Source: Octopus sinensis | Lineage: Eukaryota | Length of the DNA: 52,798 bases | Assembly (NCBI RefSeq): GCF_006345805.1 | Contig: NW_021834149.1 | Span: 1 to 52,798, forward strand | Direction of reading: 5' to 3' | Shown: positions 25,352 to 38,706 of the stretch, one piece after another | Layout: each line of letters opens with the position of its first letter | Position numbering within the stretch: position 1 is the first letter of the stretch | Notes under the pieces: generated by a model | What the model saw: the letters and a program-made list of their open reading frames with translations, nothing else | Databases searched by the model: none | What the model was told of the DNA's origin: nothing | Translations under genes and position numbers: made by a program

Positions 25352-25600
25352 TTGGGTTGGTGCACAACTATTGCGGCTTTTTTTCAACAAATTTTATTCA
25401 ACAAAAACAATAACAACATGTAACAAAAATGTCTTTAAATTATCATTCCGGAGCATATTCACCATCTACTTCAATTACTGCTTTCCATTTGCTTGGCAGA
25501 TGGTCAAACCGTCTTTCAAGGATGTTTTTGTGTTAAGTATTGTTATTGTTTTTGTTGAATAAAATTTGACAAAAGCCGCAATAATTATGCACCTGCCCAC
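25352..25600 (-). mobile_element. mariner-derived MITE in TA
   Basis: ~60 bp TIRs ttgggttggtgcac..attgcggcttt; internal minus-strand DHLPSKWKAVIEVDGEYAPE* mariner C-terminus; TA flanks. Confidence 0.85.
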
Positions 25601-25606
25601 TATATA

Positions 25607-25642
<36 letters not shown>

Positions 25643-25948
25643 TACACGAAGAGAGAGTGAGAATTGATGTGTAGACACCAAAAGATGTATCGGCATTAAT
25701 TAAGAGTTCACTTGATAATAGCTCGTCACACTCTGACAGGTTGTAATTTTGCAGTAAATCTTGATAGAAACTTGCATTTATACATATAATCGGAGAAAAT
25801 GATTCTTGGGAACGAATATTTAGAAGAAAAAAAAAAACAACAGAAGATCTTAAATTTCATCAATTGTGCATAATTTAATTACATTCAACAGGTGTTTCAT
25901 TAGTAATAAACATCATTAATTCCATAATTGCATAATTAAGATATATGC

Positions 25949-26077
<129 letters not shown>

Positions 26078-26844
26078 CAGAGAGAGAGAGATATATATAC
26101 ATGTGTGTATGTATGTATACGTATATACATATGTAATTAATTTAAATTTAATTAATGTAGAATGATGTTAGTCCTAAATCATCTGGAGCGTTATGACGTG
26201 TATTATGACTTGTGAATCTATTTATTGCTTTAAATATAAATGAGACGGAATACAAAAAACAGTTTCTGATTAACATAACACATAATGTCTATTTGTGTGT
26301 AAAGAATACAGATAAAGAAAGTGAAAAGTAAAACATGGCAAAAGAGTAGACTTTCGAACTAAAATGAATAGGAAACATTTTGAAATTGTATGTGAATATT
26401 CACGTGTATAAATATAAATTTGCGTACATATGTTAGCGTGTCTATAAATGAGTGCGTATGTTTGTAAGTCTGTGGCAACAAGGATATCACATTGTATTCG
26501 GAATATTCTCTGGGAATCAACAATTCCACAACATAATTCCATCAAAATAGTCACGTAGTGAAATCGAAGGCCGAGTAAATGCACTGCATGACTAGAATAC
26601 ATTGACGAGAATATAAAGGTGTGTCTTGATTGTGTGTGTGGCCGTGGGAAGATATGGATACTCAGCATATACGCACGAGATATGTATGAGGTTGGATGTT
26701 TATGAAAGTGTGTGAGTATACGTTAGATATACATATATACGCACGCCCACATACAAGACCAACACCTATGATTTCTAGGCTGCATATTCTAGAATATATA
26801 AGTGTGTGTTTTGTTGTATAAGTATATGTGTGTGTATGTATATA

Positions 26845-26896
<52 letters not shown>

Positions 26897-27129
26897 CACA
26901 TATATATATATATATATATTTAATAAGTACATATATATGTATATATTATTATATATCTATATAAATAGGTATATATATGTATAATCATGCACATGAAAAT
27001 ATATATACATTTTTATGTATGTAAATAAATATACATATATATCTTTATATATATATATACATATATAGACGTATATATATGTGTGTATGTGAATATGTAT
27101 ATATGTATATATTATATATATATATATAT

Positions 27130-27201
<72 letters not shown>

Positions 27202-27962
27202 TATATATATGTGGTGTGTTCGTGTATATCTTGATAATATTAAAGCTCTAGGGATGTTTGTGTGTAACTGAAATATCTCAGAAATAGTATATTTTATCTT
27301 ATTTTTTTTTACATATTTATTTACATACATACCCTCCGCAGTGCAGTACAAATTGTTGTGACATTTGAACCGCTATTTAAACGATTAAACAGAATTTTTG
27401 CTATTTCTTGGTGAAAATATACATGACTTCCATGACGTCAGCACACATACACGCATACAGAATACACATATATAATGAATGTCATGACATGTCTATCAAC
27501 ACAAACACATGTTCGCTATCTGTGACATATGCATACACATTGTCTTCGTGCTAAGAAAAAAACCATTGACTTTTTGATGTACACAATATTTTAATATTTT
27601 AAAAATATTTGTAATTGAATGTGATTTCTTTAATTTCCGTAAAAACTTTTTATTTATTTACTTTTTTTAAGTGAAAGAGAGGGGAAAGGGAAAGATGTAT
27701 GTACGTGTATATGAAATGGACGTGTGTGTGTGTGAAAGAGAGAGAGAGAGAGAAAGAGAAAGAGAAAGAGAGACAGAGTGAGTGAAAGCGTGTGTTGTCA
27801 CGTATACGTACATACATCAATACAAATGCGTAATCTTTTTTGTATGCACGTGTGCATGTCTGTGTAAGATAGAAAGAGTGTGTGTGTGTGAGTGAGTGAA
27901 TATGTGTGTTCTCATGTATGTGTAAATGGCACACACTCTCTCTCTATCTCTCTATCTTTCTA

Positions 27963-28001
<39 letters not shown>

Positions 28002-28330
28002 TCCATTTCATATACACGTTCATGCAGCTTTCACTTTCTCTTCTCTTTCACTTTAAAACAGGTGATTTTCAGGATAAAAATCGTTCAAAAAAGGCTTCCC
28101 CTCATGTAAATTGATTACCATTGTTTGGATAGTTCCAATTAAATAAGTCCAGAAGTTAGGTTAAATTTATATATACATGCATAAATGCCGTAGATTCCCA
28201 TTCTACAAAATGGCAAACAATTCCGTGAATACTCTACCGGGTAAGGATGGGTAGTAAGTGTAGTGTGTCGGTGTGTGTGTATGTGTATATATATAATATA
28301 TATATACATATATATAATATATATATATAT

Positions 28331-28399
<69 letters not shown>

Positions 28400-28401
<2 letters not shown>

Positions 28402-28600
28402 CGGGAAGGTTTACGAAAATAAACAAAAGACGAAGGCAAGTGGAGTACAAACAAACAAATGTATTAGTATGGCGCTCAGGAATAGAAATAAAACAAGTCT
28501 TATACGTTTCGAGCCTACGCTCTTCGACAGAAAGGGACACAGAAAAGAAACAAGGAGAGGAAAAAAATGCGTGTAGGAGCTAACGGTCCAACATGGCGTT
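28400..28600 (-). mobile_element. PLE-like terminal fragment abutting (TA)n
   Basis: Contains a hammerhead-like motif; related to 6365-6560. Confidence 0.6.
28499..28534 (-). ncRNA. Hammerhead-like motif with non-canonical core (A6U)
   Basis: cttt CTGTCGA a gagc gtag gctc GAAA cg TA | taag. Confidence 0.55.
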
Positions 28601-29438
28601 CTGATTTCAGGCAGAAGTCAGAGATCAGAGGTCAGACGTCAGAGGTCACACGTTAGACGCTAGAGGGATAGTAGGGGAGATAACAGGGTCAAGTTACTTC
28701 GCCCCAACACAAAGGTGCGTGTGTGTATAAGAGAGTATGTATGTGCGTGTGAAAGAGGGCAGGTGGTCTGGACGTGTGTATGCATGTATGTGTGGGTGTG
28801 GAGATATGGGGATGGGTGTTGGGTGGTGTGTTGTGATGTGATGTGTAATGTCGTATGGTGTAGTGTAGTGTGGTGTGATGTTGTGGGGAGGTGGGGGCGA
28901 GAGTGGGGAAAGCCCATGTGGGGTGTGGGTTCGGCTGGGGGTTGGGGTAGAGTGGGGGTTGTGGGGAGGGTGAGAGGGGGAGAGAAGAGAGAGGACTGGG
29001 AGGGAGATGAGGGGGAGAGAGGAGGAGGGAGAGGAGAAGGAAGGAGAAGGAAGGAGAGGAGGAGAAGGAGAAGGAGAGGAGGAGAAGGAGAAGGAGAGGA
29101 GGAGAAGGAGAGGGAGAGGAGGAGGGGGAGGGGAAAGGAAAGGAGGGGAGGGGAGAGGGAGAGGAGAAGGGGGAAGAGAGGGGGAGAGAGAAAGAGAGAA
29201 GTGGAAGGGGGAAGAAGAAAGAAGAAAGAAGAGGGAAGAAGGGTAAGAAGGGAAGAGGAGGGAAAGAGAGTAGGGATGAAAAGATGAAGGACTGAAGAGA
29301 AGTTGGAGTCGGGGGGGGATGTATGTATGTATGTATGTATAAATTCAACTTACGATGAAAGTAAACAAAGTTTACTTCAGAAGCGTTGAGATGTATTGAA
29401 AGATACAGAAATAATTTGTTCTCAAACGCATGGTAGAC

Positions 29439-29542
<104 letters not shown>

Positions 29543-29599
29543 GTTAAAGTGAAAACAGAAAAAGCAAGACATTCGGCATCATTGGCAAAAAGAAAATTT

Positions 29600-29950
29600 A
29601 TTTAGATAGAGAATATAAGTATAAAGAGTCTCTTGCGGCTATTTCCAGAATATTCAAGCATGTGGATCATGATATTGAGTAAGAATTCCATCATGTCATC
29701 AAAGAGAGAGAAATGTAAAAATGTAAAGAAAATGTAAAAAGTATTATCCCTAATCGAAGATATTAGTGTATTCCAATTTATCAAAAGTTTAGGCAGGATT
29801 AGAAGACAATAGGTAAGCGTTACTCAGTTCTATGATCGAGTAAATAATAATGGTATAGGAAAGGTCCATCTGCAGTTCCAAAGGAGATTGTTCGATGATA
29901 ATCCATAGCCAGGAATAATGGAAGTTATCAGGTAATATTTTAATTGAGAA
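29600..29950 (-). pseudogene. Possible piggyBac-like transposase relic
   Basis: Frameshifted peptides ..DNTFY.. and ..MLEYSG.. recall piggyBac core motifs; weak. Confidence 0.3.
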
Positions 29951-30910
29951 TCAATAAGGTTCAAGTAGAAATATTAACTATAGTGTGGAGGAAAGACAGA
30001 GAGAGATGAAGAGAAGTTGGTTATCCCAACTCACTGGCATTTTAATCCAGTTTGAACTCAGAACATCAAAAACTAGAAAAAACATAACACTACAATGTCT
30101 GCCAATCAACCGCCTTCGTACTTTATTAATTCACCCCTGACCACGTATCACTGCTAATCATTACTAATTAATAAAAGACTAAATTCCTGTGACTGGACCT
30201 TTTGGTTAGAGATTGGCTCATGAAAATATTTAAAAAGTCCTTAGAAAAATATACAAACGGTTCGTGAGTTTGACTTTGTGAGACAGAGTATAATTATACG
30301 CATGTGTACGTGTGTGAATACGTGTGTGTGTGTGTGAGAGTGAATGTCTGTGTGAATGTGTACGTTTTCATGTGTGTGCATGTGTTAGTATTCGCATGTG
30401 AATGTTTCTATACGTGTGAGAGTGTGAGCGTTCTTAAGTGTATGTGCGTTAATGTGAGTGTGAATGCTCGCTTATGCATGTGGATTAATACGTGTAAGTG
30501 CATGTTTGTGTGCGTGTGCGTGTGCGTGTGTGAGAGAGAGAGATAGAGAGACAGAGAGAAAGAAAGAGAAAAAGAGAGTATGGGTGAATGTGTGTAATTT
30601 TGCTCTATATAGGTCTGACTGCACCGAATCATTTTCTTCCTTTGTTTTGTGTCAGTCTTTACTACGTGTTGCCATTTTTTAATGCAAATATTGTCTTTTT
30701 ATTTTATTTTCACAAACTGAAGAATATATCAACAACAACAACAAAACACACTCGTCTTTTTGCAGACGGACGGATATATCACCAGATTAGCTACATGGAG
30801 ACAGATGTGGATAGACGTCGGTGTGTATTGTGTGTGGGGGCAGCATATATACGTATATACACAATATAGACATGTGTATATATACATATATGCACATATA
30901 TATAATATAT

Positions 30911-30987
<77 letters not shown>

Positions 30988-31034
30988 GTAGATGTATGTA
31001 CGTATGTATGTAGATATACATATATTTATATATG

Positions 31035-31067
<33 letters not shown>

Positions 31068-31187
31068 AATGTATGTATGTGTATATATATTTAATATACA
31101 GGCACATATGCATATGTTGTATGCTTATGTGTATATATATATACATATATATACATATGCACACTTGCGCACATGCTCCCACTCGCA

Positions 31188-31230
<43 letters not shown>

Positions 31231-31518
31231 GTAAGTAGATGAGAGTGGATAACAATCAGTGACTGCCGATTGCAGTGTCTGATTGTTACAATCAGGAATA
31301 GATTCGCACCAAATCTATTCCTGATTCTCCATCAGGAATAGTTTCAGTGCGAATTCCAGTGCCAAAAATGGCGATAACGGTGCAAACGATGACAACGGCG
31401 AAAATTATAGAAAACATTATCTGCGAAAGAACATCTGTAATCTGGTCTCTTTAGAAAGTGAGAAATATAAAAAAAAAATACATTACCTGCATTTTATTTT
31501 TTTATTACTAGTGGCAGC

Positions 31519-31614
<96 letters not shown>

Positions 31615-31615
<1 letters not shown>

Positions 31616-32047
31616 AGGTGGCGGGCTGGCAGAAGTGCTAGCACTCCGGGCAAAATGCTCAGCGGCGTTTCGTCTCGCTTCACGTTCTGAGTTCAAATTC
31701 CGCTGGGATTGACTTTGCCTTTCATCCTTTCGGTGTCGATTAAATAAGTACCAGTAAAACACTGGGGTCGATGTACTCGATTATCCTCCTCCCCCAAGTT
31801 TCAGGCCTTGTGCTTACAGCAGAAAGTATTATTAGTAGTGAGTATGGCGACGAGCTGGCAGAATCGTTAGCACCTCGGGCGAAATGCTTATCAGTTTTTA
31901 CGTTCTGAGTTCAAATTCCGCTGAGGTGGTCATTGTCGTTCATCCTTTCGGAGCCGATAAAATAAGTACCAGTTGAACGCTGGGGTCGATGTAATCGACT
32001 TACCCTTCCCCCAAAATTGCTGGCCTTGTGCCGAAATTTGAAATCCT

Positions 32048-32103
<56 letters not shown>

Positions 32104-32315
32104 AGGTGGCGGGCTGGCAGAAGTATTAGAACGCCGGGCAAAATGCTTAGCGGCATTTCTTTTCTCTTAGCGTTCTGAATTCAAATACCGCCGAGGTCGA
32201 CTTGGCTTTTCATTATTTCAGGGCCGATAAAGTAAGTACCAGTTGAGTACTGGGGGTCGATGTAATCAACTTACTTCCCACCCTGAAATTGCTGGCTTTG
32301 TGTCAACATTTGAAA
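31615..32315 (+). mobile_element. Three head-to-tail SINE family A copies with (TAG)n spacers
   Basis: Heads at ~31616, ~31846 and ~32104, each with gctggcagaa..ttagca/ttagaa..gttctgagttcaaattccg-like sequence. Confidence 0.9.
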
Positions 32316-32529
32316 TTATTATTATTATTATCTACTTTTAATCTGCATATTTGTTACAATCACTCGCCGAGACACACCCAGGGTCCTGGAGCGAGTGAAG
32401 GATAAGAGATATTGCAGTATTAATGAAAGCTTGAGGAAGAGAATTGACAGAAGCAGTAGCGAAATATTTTCCTTTAATACAGCACATACATTTCAATTGA
32501 TAGGGTTATCATTATTATTATTATTATTA

Positions 32530-32579
<50 letters not shown>

Positions 32580-33133
32580 GAGTGAGAGAGCAGTTCATGC
32601 CATCAAAGTGACACTGGGGTAAAATATACGAAGCCCAATATACCCATCATGACTACCCGTCTGATAAAGGTACACCAGGCACATGCATCACAACCATATG
32701 TGCGCGACATGGTGATCTCATATCAAGATAAACAGCACATGACCTTGCAGGTGGGGCCCAGTTTGAATTTTCTTCAGGTTGAGTAGCCCATCCCGCTCAA
32801 ACGGTCCCCGAATAAGGGTTGTTTAAGGATGTTGAAAGAACCACCCATGTTTCCAGAGGTGAACTATTCAAACCCCAAAGCATCCCTCTCAACACATGGC
32901 TATGATGCTCCCCCACTACTTCTGCTCGTGATCAGAGATGCACATATCGTCAGCCACTAAGGGACATGCTCAACTGGTTAAGGTCAAACAACTGACAAGC
33001 AAATCTGTGGTATTGAGCAGAATATTTGCTGTAGCCCATCTTTTATACCAAGACAAAACACTGTACATGATAACACTTCCAATCAGTTAAGATCAGAAGC
33101 CATGAGAGCCACTGCCTGGTACTGCATCAGGGC

Positions 33134-33135
<2 letters not shown>
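32580..33135 (-). mobile_element. 556-bp non-coding insert between (TTA)n tracts; candidate non-autonomous TAA-targeting element
   Basis: Sharp boundaries into TTA repeats on both sides; no ORF and no clear pol III boxes; strand inferred only from neighbouring elements. Confidence 0.55.
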
Positions 33136-33175
<40 letters not shown>

Positions 33176-33292
33176 CATTATTATTATTATTATTATTATT
33201 ATAAATTATTATTATTATTATTATCATTATTATTATTATTATTATTATCATTATTATTATCATTATTATTATCATTATTATTATTATTATTA

Positions 33293-33332
<40 letters not shown>

Positions 33333-33509
33333 CATTATTATTATTATTATTATTATTATAAATTATTATTATTATTATTATCATTATTATTATTATTATT
33401 ATTATCATTATATTATCATATTATTATTATTATCATTATTATTATTATTATTATTATTATATTATTATCATTATTATTATATTATTATTATTATTTTATT
33501 ATTATATTA

Positions 33510-33546
<37 letters not shown>

Positions 33547-33566
33547 CATTATTATTATTATTATTA

Positions 33567-33597
<31 letters not shown>

Positions 33598-33598
33598 C

Positions 33599-33663
<65 letters not shown>

Positions 33664-33687
33664 CATTATTATTATTATTATTTATTA

Positions 33688-33733
<46 letters not shown>

Positions 33734-33734
33734 C

Positions 33735-33774
<40 letters not shown>

Positions 33775-33804
33775 TTATCATTATTATTATTATTATTATT
33801 ATTA

Positions 33805-33894
<90 letters not shown>

Positions 33895-33896
33895 TA

Positions 33897-33929
<33 letters not shown>

Positions 33930-33953
33930 TATTATATTATTATTATTATTATT

Positions 33954-33984
<31 letters not shown>

Positions 33985-34042
33985 TATTATTATTATTATT
34001 ATTATTATTATCATATTATTATTATTATTATTATTATTATTA

Positions 34043-34075
<33 letters not shown>

Positions 34076-34077
34076 TA

Positions 34078-34108
<31 letters not shown>

Positions 34109-34116
34109 AATTATTA

Positions 34117-34156
<40 letters not shown>
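33136..34156. repeat. ~1 kb (TTA)n tract with TCA interruptions (further tracts at 36431-36679 and 39673-40289)
   Basis: Directly visible. Confidence 0.98.
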
Positions 34157-36430
34157 TTTTTTTTCTTCTTTCAAATTTCTTCCATTTCTTGCCGAGTGTC
34201 TTCCCTACTCCTAGGGCAAAGAAACTCATAGTGTATATTGGTAGGCCATTAAACCAAACTCAGTAGTTCGTTCATTTTTTTTTTAATTTTTTTTTTTAAA
34301 GTTAAATTAAAATACATGAGCAGCAACAGTTCTCACATCGACAATGCTCTTCTCAATACGTGTGATGTACCAGTTAAGACAATCTTTTGCACTTCTTGCA
34401 GGGATGGTAAGCCAGGGATCATTTTCATATAATTTTTGGTTCCCTTCTTGATCATTCCTAGTGCTCCTACGATCACTGGTATTGTAACCGCCTTGAGATG
34501 CCACATTTTCTCAATTTCAATGAGTAGGTCTTTATATTTTCTGAGCTTGTCAAACTCTTTCGCTGAGATATTATGATCACAGGGGATGCTCATGTCGATC
34601 AATAAGCAAACTTTATTGTTTTGGTCTTTCACAACAATATCTGGTTATTGGCCTTGATGGTTCGGTCTGTATGTACTGGAAAGTCCCACAGAATGGTTAC
34701 ATTTTCTCCTTCAGTTACAGCCTCAGGGTGGTGATTATACCACTTGTCGGCAGTTTTGATATTGTAATGCCGACTTATTAGCCAGTGGAGATATTGGCCA
34801 ACTCTGTCATGTCTTAATTTATACTCCACTGGTGCTAAGACTTTACATCCAGAGATTAGGTGGTCCACTGTTTCAATCATGTCGTTGCAGAATCGGTATT
34901 TTGGGTCTGTTCCATTTTTCATCACATTGGCCTGGTAGTTCCGGGTTGATAGGCTTTGGTCTTGAGCAGCCAGGATGAAACCTTCCTTCTCTGCTTTTAG
35001 CCCTGAGCTCCGCAGCCACTGATGGGTTTGCTTCTGTTCAACATCAGCTTGTTTGCTGCGGGTCACATATTTGCCGTGCAGAGGTTTCTCCTCCCACCTA
35101 TCAGCCAATTGCTCGTGCGCTTTTTTCATTGCCATCATTTTCACCTTCTTTGCAACAATAGTTGCCGTACTTCCCTCGGGTTGTTCAGTTTGGGTATCCT
35201 GCACGAGAGCAATAGCAAATTTTTTGCTTTCCTTGATGATAGAATGAAGCTTCTTTCGTCTCTCGTGATTTTCCACGAGCTTTAGCATCCAGTCATTCGA
35301 TATTTCGAGATATTTGGCCAGTCCAATTATGGTTGTTTTGTAAGCTAGTTCAAATTGGATCAGGCCTCGACCTCCTTGGGCTCTGGGAAGGTAAAGGCGA
35401 TCTACGTCTGCCTTTGGGTGGTGCATCCTATTACAACTCAGCAGCTTGCGTATTTTTCTATCTATATTCTTTACTTCACTCATATTCCAGTTCAACACAT
35501 TGTAGCTATAAGTAACAACTGGAACTGCTAGGGAATTATAGCTAACACCTTGTTACGTGCATTTAGTTCAGATTTCAGGACTGCACGAACTCTCCTATAA
35601 CATTCCTTCCTGATTTTCTCTTTCATGCTTGCATGCTGAATACCAGAGCCTTCATTTATCCCTAAAATTTGTATGTCTGTTCTTGCTCAAGCTCTCTTAT
35701 GACTGTGTCAACATCTAACACGACTGAATTTGTGGTCTTCACTTTCCCTTTCTGGAAAGTGGCCTTGGCACACTTCTCAAGTCCAAACTCCATCCCGATG
35801 TCATCGCTGAATGATTTCACGGTGCGCAATAGGCCTTCAAGTTCATTATTGTCTTTACCATAAAGTTTTAAGTCATCCATATAAAATAGATGGCTTATTT
35901 TTTTATTGGCAATTTTATACCCATACCCTGTTCTGTTTAATTCACTTGTAAGGGGTATTAGGGCTATGCAAAATATTAAAGGTGAAAGTGAGTCACCTTG
36001 AAAAATTCCACAGTTGATGTTTATATTTTCTGAGGCAAGTACTCCATTAGAGTGGTATAATTGGAGATTCGTATTCCACAACGACATATTGTGCTTCAGG
36101 AAGTTTGAAATCACAGGGGAAATTTGAAGATGTCCAGCGATCTCAAGATCCATGGATGCGGTATACTGTCGAAGCCTTTTTATAGTCAATCCATGCGGTG
36201 CTGAGATTTCTGCGCTTGTTGTGACAGTTCTCAAGGATCGTACGATTGATTAGCAGTTGATCTTTGCATCCGTAAGAGCCTCGGCGGCACCCTTTTTGTT
36301 CGATGGGGAAAATATCGTTCTTCTCCATGAATGCATATGTTTTCTCCGCCAGGATAGATGTTAGGATTTTATACGTGGTGGATAGACAGGTTATAGGCCG
36401 ATAGTTTTTTGGAAGGTTGGTTTCGTTATT
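34157..36430 (-). mobile_element. R4/Dong-type RLE non-LTR retrotransposon, 5'-truncated copy A
   Basis: Near-identical to 36680-38945; RT and RLE split by single-base indels; A-rich 3' end running into (TAA)n. Confidence 0.95.
34333..36430 (-). pseudogene. Frameshifted RT-RLE ORF of copy A
   Basis: ORF pieces 36143-36328, 35662-36234, 34629-35498 and 34333-34632 tile the protein of copy B. Confidence 0.9.
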
Positions 36431-36454
36431 ATTATTTCGTTATTATTATTATTA

Positions 36455-36523
<69 letters not shown>

Positions 36524-36531
36524 CATTATTA

Positions 36532-36681
<150 letters not shown>

Positions 36682-36846
36682 TTTTTTTTTTTTCTTCTTT
36701 CAAATTTTCTTCCATTTCTTGCCGAGTGTCTTCCCGACTCCTAGGGCAAAGAAACTCATAGTGTATATTGGTAGGCCATTAAACCAAACTCAGTAGTTCA
36801 TTTTTTTTTTTTAAGTTAAATTAAAATACATGAGCAGCAACAGTTC

Positions 36847-38706
36847 TCACATCGACAATGCTCTTCTCAATACGTGTGATGTACCAGTTAAGACAATCTT
36901 TTGCACTTCTTGCAGGGATGGTAAGCCAGGGATCATTCTCATATAATTTTCGGTTCCCTTCTTGATCATTCCTAGTGCTCCTACGATCACTGGTATTGTA
37001 ACCGCCTTGAGATGCCACATTTTCTCAATTTCAATGAGTAGGTCTTTATATTTTCTGAGCTTGTCAAACTCTTTCGCTGAGATATTATGATCACAGGGGA
37101 TGCTCATGTCGATCAATAAGCAAACTTTATTGTTTTGGTCTTTCACAACAATATCTGGTTTATTGGCCTTGATGGTTCGGTCTGTATGTACTGGAAAGTC
37201 CCACAGAATGGTTACATTTTCTCCTTCAGTTACAGCCTCAGGGTGGTGATTATACCACTTGTCGGCAGTTTTGATATTGTAATGCCGACTTATTAGCCAG
37301 TGGAGATATTGGCCAACTCTGTCATGTCTTAATTTATACTCCACTGGTGCTAAGACTTTACATCCAGAGATTAGGTGGTCCACTGTTTCAATCATGTCGT
37401 TGCAGAATCGGTATTTTGGGTCTGTTCCATTTTTCATCACATTGGCCTGGTAGTTCCGGGTTGATAGGCTTTGGTCTTGAGCAGCCAGGATGAAACCTTC
37501 GCTCTCTGCTTTTAGCCCTGAGCTCCGCAGCCACTGATGGGTTTGCTTCTGGTCAACATCAGCTTGTTTGCTGCGGGTCACATATTTGCCGTGCAGAGGT
37601 TTCTCCTCCCACCTATCAGCCAATTGCTCGTGCGCTTTTTTCATTGCCATCATTTTCACCTTCTTTGCAACAATAGTTGCCGTACTTCCCTCGGGTTGTT
37701 CAGTTTGGGTATCCTGCACGAGAGCAATAGCAAATTTTTTGCTTTCCTTGATGATAGAATGAAGCTTCTTTCGTCTCTCGTGATTTTCCACGAGCTTTAG
37801 CATCCAGTCATTCGATATTTCGAGATATTTGGCCAGTCCAATTATGGTTGTTTTGTAAGCTAGTTCAAATTGGATCAGGCCTCGACCTCCTTGGGCTCTG
37901 GGAAGGTAAAGGCGATCTACGTCTGCCTTTGGGTGATGCATCCTATTACAACTCAGCAGCTTGCGTATTTTTCTATCTATATTCTTTACTTCACTCATAT
38001 TCCAGTTCAACACATTGTAGCTATAAGTAACAACTGGAACTGCTAAGGTATTTATAGCTAACACCTTGTTACGTGCATTTAGTTCAGATTTCAGGACTGC
38101 ACGAACTCTCCTATAACATTCCTTCCTGATTTTCTCTTTCATGCTTGCATGCTGAATACCAGAGCCTTCATTTATCCCTAAATATTTGTATGTCTGTTCT
38201 TGCTCAAGCTCTCTTATGACTGTGTCAACATCTAACACGACTGAATTTGTGGTCTTCACTTTCCCTTTCTGGAAAGTGGCCTTGGCACACTTCTCAAGTC
38301 CAAACTCCATCCCGATGTCATCGCTGAATGATTTCACGGTGCGCAATAGGCCTTCAAGTTCATTATTGTCTTTACCATAAAGTTTTAAGTCATCCATATA
38401 AAATAGATGGCTTATTTTTTTATTGGCAATTTTATACCCATACCCTGTTCTGTTTAATTCACTTGTAAGGGGTATTAGGGCTATGCAAAATATTAAAGGT
38501 GAAAGTGAGTCACCTTGAAAAATTCCACAGTTGATGTTTATATTTTCTGAGGCAAGTACTCCATTAGAGTGGTATAATTGGAGATTCGTATTCCACAACG
38601 ACATATTGTGCTTCAGGAAGTTTGAAATCACAGGGGAAATTTTAAAGATGTCCAGCGATCTCAAGATCCATGGATGCGGTATACTGTCGAAGGCCTTTTT
38701 GTAGTC
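36847..38706 (-). CDS. Reverse transcriptase + zinc knuckle + restriction-like endonuclease (open C-terminal part of a disrupted ORF)
   Basis: DYKKAFDSIPH, GIFQGDSLSPLIF, HLFYMDDLKLY, YRFC..ETVDHLISGC, RHD, KPDIVV...LIDMSIP...KY; the start given in the ORF track is a frameshift artefact. Confidence 0.93.
   Translation of the reverse strand, partial: DYKKAFDSIPHPWILRSLDIFKISPVISNFLKHNMSLWNTNLQLYHSNGVLASENININCGIFQGDSLSPLIFCIALIPLTSELNRTGYGYKIANKKISHLFYMDDLKLYGKDNNELEGLLRTVKSFSDDIGMEFGLEKCAKATFQKGKVKTTNSVVLDVDTVIRELEQEQTYKYLGINEGSGIQHASMKEKIRKECYRRVRAVLKSELNARNKVLAINTLAVPVVTYSYNVLNWNMSEVKNIDRKIRKLLSCNRMHHPKADVDRLYLPRAQGGRGLIQFELAYKTTIIGLAKYLEISNDWMLKLVENHERRKKLHSIIKESKKFAIALVQDTQTEQPEGSTATIVAKKVKMMAMKKAHEQLADRWEEKPLHGKYVTRSKQADVDQKQTHQWLRSSGLKAESEGFILAAQDQSLSTRNYQANVMKNGTDPKYRFCNDMIETVDHLISGCKVLAPVEYKLRHDRVGQYLHWLISRHYNIKTADKWYNHHPEAVTEGENVTILWDFPVHTDRTIKANKPDIVVKDQNNKVCLLIDMSIPCDHNISAKEFDKLRKYKDLLIEIEKMWHLKAVTIPVIVGALGMIKKGTENYMRMIPGLPSLQEVQKIVLTGTSHVLRRALSM

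Noticed and set aside
28880-29290. G-rich/polypurine tract with R/E/G-rich ORFs and G-quadruplex potential (mirror polypyrimidine tract at 12870-13290)
   Set aside because: Low-complexity sequence with no evidence of specific function
36821-38380. Alternative-frame and antisense ORFs over the Dong copies
   Set aside because: Shadows of the RT ORF, duplicated only because the element is duplicated
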